Source: Candidatus Omnitrophota bacterium (lineage in GTDB: Bacteria > Omnitrophota > Gorgyraeia > JAZDFF01). From it: a stretch of DNA of 64,000 bases. The stretch lies in NCBI GenBank assembly GCA_043808095.1, contig JAZDFF010000020.1:26624-90623 (forward strand), given 5' to 3'. Below the pieces are notes generated by a model. That model did not search any database and was not told where the DNA came from. It saw nothing but the letters and a program-made list of their open reading frames with translations. Of the stretch, positions 57,922-64,000 are shown in pieces (positions within the stretch are counted from its first letter, which is position 1; every line of letters starts with the position of its first letter). The position numbers were made by a program, and so were the translations under genes.

Positions 57922-59715
57922 ATGTCGCTCACATCCCAGGATATTATTGATAGGATAATTGAAGGTACTGATATCGTTTTGCTTATTTCAGGCTATATCC
58001 CGCTTAAACGTGCCGGCAGGAATTTTAAGGCCCTTTGTCCTTTCCATCACGAGAAGACATCTTCTTTTATTGTCAGTCCTGAAAAGCAGATTTATCATTG
58101 TTTTGGCTGTGCTGCAGGCGGAAATGCAATTAATTTTCTCATGCGCTATGAGCATCTTGAGTTTAGAGAGGCACTTGAAATATTAGCCAAGGGTGCGGGG
58201 ATAAGCCTGCCACGTTATTCTGATGGTGAGTCAAAAGAGGGCAGCAGTCTTAAGTTCAAACTCTATAAAGTAATCGAGATGGCGGCTAATTTCTACCATC
58301 AATTTCTTTTGAACTCTGCTTCAGCAAAGCCAGCCAGAGATTATCTGGCTAAACGTTCAGTTAAAAATGAGACAATTAAGAAATTTAAACTTGGTTTTGC
58401 CGTTGATTCAAAGACAGCAGTCATGCAGTATCTGCGTAGTCAGAATATAAGTTTGGATTTGATTGAAAAAGCTGGTCTCGCTATTTCTGGGCAGGCGGGT
58501 CTTTATGATCGTTTTCGCAGCAGATTGACATTCCCGATTTTTGACATAAAAGAGCGGCCCATTGCCTTCGGGGGAAGATTATTGAGTCAGGATAAAACTT
58601 CTGATAGCGAATTAGCCAAGTATATAAATTGCCCCGAGACGCCGATTTACAGTAAAGGCAGAAATCTTTATGGGCTTAATTTTGCTAAAGATTCAATAAA
58701 AGAAGCTGATTGTGCCATTATTGTCGAGGGCTATTTTGATTTTATTCTTCCCTTTCAAGAAGGCCAAAATAATATTGTTGCATCTTCGGGCACAGCCCTG
58801 ACCGAGGAACAGATTAGGCTTATAAAAAGATTTACGGAAAATGTAATCATGGTTTTTGACGCCGATAAAGCCGGTGAATCAGCTACCTTAAGGAGTCTGG
58901 ATATGTTTATAGAAGAAGGTATTAACTTAAAGGTAGCCAGTTTAGCCGAAGGCTTCGATCCTGACTCTTTTGTACGCAAATTTGGCATTGAAGGTTTTAG
59001 GACTAAATGCTTAAATTGCGCCCAAAATATATTTGACTATAAGTTATGTTTAATGCAAAGAAGACATAACGCTAGGGATATAGAAGCTAAGGCAGCCATA
59101 GTTAGAGAGATGATTAACACCATCAATAAATTTAATAATGAAGTCTTGCGCTCGAATTATTTAAAAAAATTAGCTCAGATTTTGGAGATATCGGAGGAGT
59201 CGGTTGTCATAGAGGCAAAAAGGGCAAAGTCCTCAGAGGGAAAGTATAACCGTCTTACTCAAAAGCCGTCTTTTTTAAAAGACCCGTCAAGTGCAAGGCC
59301 AGTGGAAAAATTGCTATTACAGTTAATGCTTGAGGATGCGGCTTTTATTTCTAGGACCAGGCAACATCTTGAAGTTTCTGATTTTCAAAGTGAACATATA
59401 AAGAAGATTGTAGGGATTCTTTTTGATTGCGATTCAAAAGGAATACAGACATCCACGCATAAACTTATGAGTTTATTTTCTGACGAGAGGATTAATTCGA
59501 TGTTGGCAGAATTATCTACCCATGTCTTTGGCGAACCTTTGAGTTCTGATAAAGAAAGGATTGTAGATGATTGCATATTACGCATAACAAAAGAAAAGTC
59601 TAAGTTAAATAAATCCCGCCTGCATCAAGAAATCAAAAGGGCCCAGGATTCGGGTGATAGCCAGCGTCTAGATGAATTGGTCATCGAATATAACCGCATA
59701 ATTAAAGAAGGATAA
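57922..59715 (+). CDS. dnaG: DNA primase
   Basis: Zn-ribbon [16 protein letters not shown] and TOPRIM (EGYFD...DAD) motifs. Confidence 0.9.
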   Translation: MSLTSQDIIDRIIEGTDIVLLISGYIPLKRAGRNFKALCPFHHEKTSSFIVSPEKQIYHCFGCAAGGNAINFLMRYEHLEFREALEILAKGAGISLPRYSDGESKEGSSLKFKLYKVIEMAANFYHQFLLNSASAKPARDYLAKRSVKNETIKKFKLGFAVDSKTAVMQYLRSQNISLDLIEKAGLAISGQAGLYDRFRSRLTFPIFDIKERPIAFGGRLLSQDKTSDSELAKYINCPETPIYSKGRNLYGLNFAKDSIKEADCAIIVEGYFDFILPFQEGQNNIVASSGTALTEEQIRLIKRFTENVIMVFDADKAGESATLRSLDMFIEEGINLKVASLAEGFDPDSFVRKFGIEGFRTKCLNCAQNIFDYKLCLMQRRHNARDIEAKAAIVREMINTINKFNNEVLRSNYLKKLAQILEISEESVVIEAKRAKSSEGKYNRLTQKPSFLKDPSSARPVEKLLLQLMLEDAAFISRTRQHLEVSDFQSEHIKKIVGILFDCDSKGIQTSTHKLMSLFSDERINSMLAELSTHVFGEPLSSDKERIVDDCILRITKEKSKLNKSRLHQEIKRAQDSGDSQRLDELVIEYNRIIKEG

Positions 59716-59719
59716 CCAC

Positions 59720-61282
59720 ATGCATAAGATTGTTTTAGAAAAAGATATAGATAGGCTTATTGCCTTGGGCAAGCAAAAAGGCTATCTAACCTATGATGAG
59801 GTTAATGATCTTCTTCCGGAAGAAGTAGTCTCCTCTGATGAGATTGATAGGGTCATTGAGTTATTGGACGAAGAAGACATCCAGATATTAGATATAGATA
59901 AAAACGACGAGCAGGCAAAGGCAGATCTTCATACTAAAGTCCAGGAACAAAAGGTTATTGAGAAAGAAGAGAAATATATCCCACTAGATGACCCGGTTAA
60001 GATGTATCTAAAACAGATGGGCCATATTTCATTATTATCACGTACTGATGAGATAGAGCTCGCCAAGAAGATCGAAGAGGCTGAATTAAGATTTAAGGAA
60101 ATAGTTTTTAGCCTAAACTTCTCCAGAAAAGCATCTCTAAAAATTATAAATTTGATCAATGAAAAAAAACTGAATTTAGAGGATATCGCTAAAGAAGACC
60201 CTAATATTAGAAGGTCGGTGGTGATTCGCAAAATCAACCGGCTTGCCGACAGGCTCCGACATTCAAGGAATCGAGAAAAGAGCCTCGAAATTCTCCTGGG
60301 ATTTAATTTGTATACTTCTATAGTTGAGGATATTATTGCTAAGTTCTTAGGATTGCTTAAAGAGATTGATAATATTGAAAAAGAAATATTAAGATTCTCA
60401 ATGCGTAAATCCAGAGGCGGGATTAACAAGTTAAAGGCAAAAAAGCGCCGTCTCTTGTCCCAGCTAGAGGAGAAAAATTTAAGCAGGTTAAAAGATATTG
60501 TTAAACTAATTAAAGTAAGATACTCTAAGTTTAACCGCGCCAAAAAAGCCCTGGTAGAGGCAAACCTCAGGCTCGTAGTAAGTATCGCCAAGAAATATAC
60601 TAATCGCGGTCTATCTTTTTTGGATTTGATTCAGGAAGGTAATATCGGCCTGATGCGTGCGGTAGAGAAATTTGAATACCGGCGGGGTTATAAGTTTTCT
60701 ACTTATGCTACCTGGTGGATCCGTCAGGCCATAACCCGTTCGATCGCCGATCAGGCCAGGACTATCCGTATCCCTGTGCATATGACCGAGACCATCAATA
60801 AGATTATTCGGGTTTCGCGCATCTTTGTCCAGGAAAAAGGAAGAGAACCTACTGCTGAGGAGATTGCCAAAGAAATTAGGATGCCTCAGGACAAGGTTAA
60901 ATCTATCTTAAAACTTGCCCAGGCGCCCATAAGTCTGCAGACTCCTATCGGAGATGAAGGAGATACGCACTTCGGAGATTTTATTGAAGACAAAAAGGCA
61001 GTTTCTCCCGCTAATACCACTGTGCATTCGATATTGCGTGAAGAAATGAAGGGTATCCTTGATACACTAACCGATCGCGAGAAGAAGATTTTGATTTTGC
61101 GCTTCGGTATAGGCGATGGATGTACTCGAACACTTGAAGAAGTAGGCAACATCTTTAAGGTGACGCGCGAAAGAGTCCGTCAGATTGAGGCTAAGGCCTT
61201 GAGAAAACTAAGGCATCCGACGCGTTCCAGAAGGCTGCGCACATTCTTGGATAATGCCCTTATCCAGGCCAGGGAGTATTAA
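59720..61282 (+). CDS. rpoD: RNA polymerase sigma factor RpoD (sigma-70)
   Basis: Regions 1.1 through 4, the [17 protein letters not shown] region 2.2-2.4 signature, and a position directly downstream of dnaG. Confidence 0.9.
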   Translation: MHKIVLEKDIDRLIALGKQKGYLTYDEVNDLLPEEVVSSDEIDRVIELLDEEDIQILDIDKNDEQAKADLHTKVQEQKVIEKEEKYIPLDDPVKMYLKQMGHISLLSRTDEIELAKKIEEAELRFKEIVFSLNFSRKASLKIINLINEKKLNLEDIAKEDPNIRRSVVIRKINRLADRLRHSRNREKSLEILLGFNLYTSIVEDIIAKFLGLLKEIDNIEKEILRFSMRKSRGGINKLKAKKRRLLSQLEEKNLSRLKDIVKLIKVRYSKFNRAKKALVEANLRLVVSIAKKYTNRGLSFLDLIQEGNIGLMRAVEKFEYRRGYKFSTYATWWIRQAITRSIADQARTIRIPVHMTETINKIIRVSRIFVQEKGREPTAEEIAKEIRMPQDKVKSILKLAQAPISLQTPIGDEGDTHFGDFIEDKKAVSPANTTVHSILREEMKGILDTLTDREKKILILRFGIGDGCTRTLEEVGNIFKVTRERVRQIEAKALRKLRHPTRSRRLRTFLDNALIQAREY

Positions 61283-61316
61283 AGGCTGTTTATATTAAAA
61301 AATAATGGCTCATTGA

Positions 61317-61350
61317 GGGTAGTTTGAATAAAAAAACTACCCTTTTTTTT
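61317..61350 (+). terminator. rho-independent terminator after rpoD
   Basis: The stem gggtagttt / aaactaccc is followed by TTTTTTTT. Confidence 0.65.
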
Positions 61351-61371
61351 ATTTTATGATAAAATTATCCT

Positions 61372-61773
61372 ATGAAATTAAGATACTGGGGGCCGTTGGT
61401 TTGCCTTCAATTATGTTTAGGCTGTGCTATTGTTAAAGGGCCGATAAGTAATAAGCCATATTATTCATTAGAAAACCCAGATTATAAAAAAGAGCTTCTC
61501 GAATTTAAAAGAGGGGATTATGTCAGGAGGCATCCGGGATTACGGGCTGATATCAGAGCCAGCATTTTAAATGGCCAGATTGTTTTGGGGATGAATCAAG
61601 AACAGGTAAAGGCAAGTTTGGGTGAGCCTTCTCAAGTTTATCGTTCGGTCAGCGGTAATATCATAAATGAGCAGTGGGTATATGAACCGGATGTTGACAA
61701 GACAGAAGCAGAATTTGCGCGTTCAAGGATTCTGTATTTTGATAACGGAATATTGAAGAGCTGCCAGGATTAA
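61372..61773 (+). CDS. hypothetical lipoprotein
   Basis: Signal peptide with lipobox LCLGC; no recognised domain. Confidence 0.45.
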   Translation: MKLRYWGPLVCLQLCLGCAIVKGPISNKPYYSLENPDYKKELLEFKRGDYVRRHPGLRADIRASILNGQIVLGMNQEQVKASLGEPSQVYRSVSGNIINEQWVYEPDVDKTEAEFARSRILYFDNGILKSCQD

Positions 61774-61828
61774 GGTTTTTTAAAGGCCTAATAGTTATAG
61801 GCTGGGGTTAAAAGCACAAGAGGGGGTA

Positions 61829-62806
61829 ATGAAAGCAATAATTATAATAGCCGGTATTATTTTGGTAATTTCTTCGGTTGTATTTGCTCAGGATCAAAAA
61901 ATAGTAAATAAAGTTTTAGATCAAATAGAAGAGACAGGCAGCGCTACGGAGGCCACACAAACTAACAATCTCCAAGAGATAACCGGGATAAGCCAAGAAA
62001 TGATTGAGTATTACAACCGGTCTAATCAGCCGGATGAAGTTAGTGCTCCAAGGCAAGGAATGGGGATAGTCCCTGAGGCTAACTATAGCTTTGAAATCGG
62101 TCCCGAGGTTTCTATCTTTCATTATGAAGAACCTCCGATTTCGGTAAAATGGGATGGCATTTTATCCGGGTTTTACGCGGGAATAACCGGGCGCTCTCCC
62201 AGAAATTTAGTGGGCCGCATTGAAAGTCAGTATCTATACGGAAGGGTTGATTATGACGGCTCTTTAAATACCGGCGAAGCCTGGACGGATGAAGGTCCTG
62301 ATTATATTTTTGAGTTACGCGGCCTTATCGGGCGCGATTTTAAGATAAATACCTCGACGTTCACTCCCATTATCGGTATAGGTTATCGTTATTGGAATGA
62401 CAACTTAGAGTCTCAATATGCCTATGAGCGCGAAGTAAATTATGTCTATATCCCTTTGGGTTTTGAGATAAACAGCCCTTTCAATCGAAAAATGAATTGG
62501 GGCATTAAGGCCGAATATGATGTTTTTGCCATGGGTACTGTAAAAAGCCATCTCAGCGATGTCAATTCCAGTTTTGGCGATTTAAAGAATGATCAAAATG
62601 ACGGGTTTGGCGTGCGGGCTTCAGTGTATCTCAAAAGCAATCTTAGCCAGAAATTCTCTTTTTCAGTAGAGCCGTTTATCCGCTATTGGGATATAGAACA
62701 ATCAAGCAATTCCGATCTTACCTATGCCGGAAGTATCGTAGGATATGGGTATGAACCGGCTAATGAAACCACGGAATATGGCGTTCGAGCGTCTTTGATG
62801 TGGTAG
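61829..62806 (+). CDS. hypothetical outer-membrane beta-barrel-like protein
   Basis: Signal peptide ...VVFA|QD, an alternating amphipathic pattern, and a C-terminal aromatic residue (..ASLMW). Confidence 0.4.
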   Translation: MKAIIIIAGIILVISSVVFAQDQKIVNKVLDQIEETGSATEATQTNNLQEITGISQEMIEYYNRSNQPDEVSAPRQGMGIVPEANYSFEIGPEVSIFHYEEPPISVKWDGILSGFYAGITGRSPRNLVGRIESQYLYGRVDYDGSLNTGEAWTDEGPDYIFELRGLIGRDFKINTSTFTPIIGIGYRYWNDNLESQYAYEREVNYVYIPLGFEINSPFNRKMNWGIKAEYDVFAMGTVKSHLSDVNSSFGDLKNDQNDGFGVRASVYLKSNLSQKFSFSVEPFIRYWDIEQSSNSDLTYAGSIVGYGYEPANETTEYGVRASLMW

Positions 62807-62877
62807 CCTGTGTTAGCTAAAAAGCAATAATTTTATAAATATTATAAATAGAGAACTATAATTATGGCGGAGGGACG

Positions 62878-63498
62878 ATGAAAAGACAATATATCTGGAT
62901 TATTGCGATAGTTGCGATAGTTACATTGGCCAGCTGGGGGATGTTTATGAATTTATTTCTGGACAGGAAAATCGCTCAATTTGCCAATCTCCTTGAGTCG
63001 CTCACCGGCCTTAAGGCAAATGAACAATTTACTTTTTCTGTTGACCGGGATGAATTTTTAAGAGGAAGACCCCGGCTTAAGAAAATGAACATAAAGCTGT
63101 CCAAGTTACTGGTTATCCAGAAAGAGAACGGAGAATTCGACATAAAATCACTCGAGGACGATTTAAATAAATTGCCCAAGATGTCAATAGATGAGCTGAG
63201 GCTTCAGGTGGAAAAAGTCACCTTTATTAAATACGGCAAGGGGAAAGTCCCGTCGGTAAAAGAATTTGATGTCAATATAAATAAAAGATATCTGGCTGTA
63301 GAAAATCCGGTTTCTTTGGTTAATATTATTCTTTTCGGATCTCTGCCAGGTACGACTATTCAGCAGGATACGGGGTTAGATCCTGGTGACTTGCCGGGTG
63401 GGGATGTGCCAGGAGAAAATATTCCTCCGGGCGGCGATGAACCTCCGGGCGGCGGCGATGAACCTCCGGGCGGACACAGTTTTAAGGATAGATGCTAA
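62878..63498 (+). CDS. membrane-anchored hypothetical protein with a C-terminal Pro/Gly/Asp/Glu tandem repeat
   Basis: N-terminal TM helix. The C-terminal repeat PGGDEPPGGGDEPPGG is encoded by the tandem DNA repeat cgggcggcgatgaacctc at 63429-63476. Confidence 0.45.
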   Translation: MKRQYIWIIAIVAIVTLASWGMFMNLFLDRKIAQFANLLESLTGLKANEQFTFSVDRDEFLRGRPRLKKMNIKLSKLLVIQKENGEFDIKSLEDDLNKLPKMSIDELRLQVEKVTFIKYGKGKVPSVKEFDVNINKRYLAVENPVSLVNIILFGSLPGTTIQQDTGLDPGDLPGGDVPGENIPPGGDEPPGGGDEPPGGHSFKDRC

Positions 63499-64000
63499 AA
63501 AAAATTAGTTACCAGAAACCTAATTGTGGTTTTAAAGGAGGTTTTACCTTAGTTGAATTAGTTGTAGTGGTGGCGATTTTAGGAATTTTGGCTGCGGCTG
63601 CAGTTGTGCTCGTGGCTAATATAAGTCAGAAGGCCAGGGAAGCCAAGCTAAAGGGTATTCTCGGCGCGACAAGAGAGGCTATTAATTTACACCGCTCTCA
63701 CAATCTTTTAGACGACGCTACTGCAGATTGGGGAGGTAGAGCTAGGCATAATTTTTATCCTACGCTTGAAGAGATGCAGGCTTCTCGTGAGGACAGCACT
63801 GTTGATAATTCCATTTTTCAGACCGTAATGCCCCAAAATCCACTTAAGGAAAATTCTAATTGTGTAATTGACGACGTCCAACCTGAAATTACCTGCCGAA
63901 ATAGGATTTGTAGTGCATGCCCGAGCGCGGCACATACCTGTAGTGGTGGTAATTGTGGTTCATGTCTTGCTAAAGGAACTACTTGCAGTGAATGGGAAGA
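63492..64000 (+). CDS. type IV pilin-like protein, Cys-rich, 3'-truncated at the window edge (absent from the supplied ORF track)
   Basis: ATG 63492 gives MLKKISYQKPNCGFKGG|FTLVELVVVVAILGILAAAAV, a canonical prepilin motif with E+5. The frame is open to the end of the window, and the C-terminal part shows CxxC clusters. The RBS AAAGGAGG seen in the sequence lies inside the leader, so the start could also be later. Confidence 0.55.
   Translation, partial: MLKKISYQKPNCGFKGGFTLVELVVVVAILGILAAAAVVLVANISQKAREAKLKGILGATREAINLHRSHNLLDDATADWGGRARHNFYPTLEEMQASREDSTVDNSIFQTVMPQNPLKENSNCVIDDVQPEITCRNRICSACPSAAHTCSGGNCGSCLAKGTTCSEWE

Noticed and set aside
63708-63935. Minus-strand 75-aa ORF near the window end
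   Set aside because: It overlaps the + strand pilin-like ORF (63492 to beyond 64000), which has a canonical prepilin motif. It is a shadow ORF.

Overview
This is an AT-rich window (about 40% GC by eye, not computed) from a bacterial genome. The densely structured intergenic repeats suggest an uncultivated lineage, for example Omnitrophota-like, but that is a guess. All of the roughly 60 protein genes and the single tRNA are on the + strand. Gene order along the window: fabD(partial)-fabG-acpP-fabF; leuC-leuD-(small ORF)-leuB; asd-truA-rplM-rpsI; a complete arginine operon argCJBDFGH; lysA-dapF-dapA-dapB-dapL; folK-panC-nadX; a small lysine-rich protein with an internal tandem repeat; a four-gene membrane glycosylation cluster (GT39-like, DUF2079-like, methyltransferase-GT2 fusion, GT87/DUF2029-like); uvrA; a large secreted TPR protein; a small wH-like protein and a PilX-like protein; a complete type IV pilus operon (HTH gene, pilM-pilN fusion, pilO, pilP, pilQ, pilB, pilC, a major pilin and three minor pilins); tRNA-Ala(CGC); an AmmeMemoRadiSam pair (radical SAM, then a Memo-AMMECR1 fusion) whose proteins both carry N-terminal hydrophobic anchors; a CcdA/DsbD-like membrane protein; rsmE, mtaB, cvpA, nif3, dnaG-rpoD; a lipoprotein, an OMP-like protein, a membrane protein with a PGGDE repeat; and a further Cys-rich pilin running off the 3' end. 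The most unusual signal lies outside the ORFs. Almost every operon boundary carries members of a few families of short palindromic or direct-repeat elements. One family has the core cGGGATCCCGc upstream of argC, dapL, the pil operon, the tRNA and dnaG. Another is a hairpin-plus-leader module in front of acpP and two small-protein genes. A roughly 215-nt two-hairpin element occurs twice inside the pilus operon and partly between argH and lysA; its copies differ by compensatory base changes, which suggests structured RNA. Several housekeeping genes (truA, asd, leuC, dapA) also carry in-frame repeat insertions.
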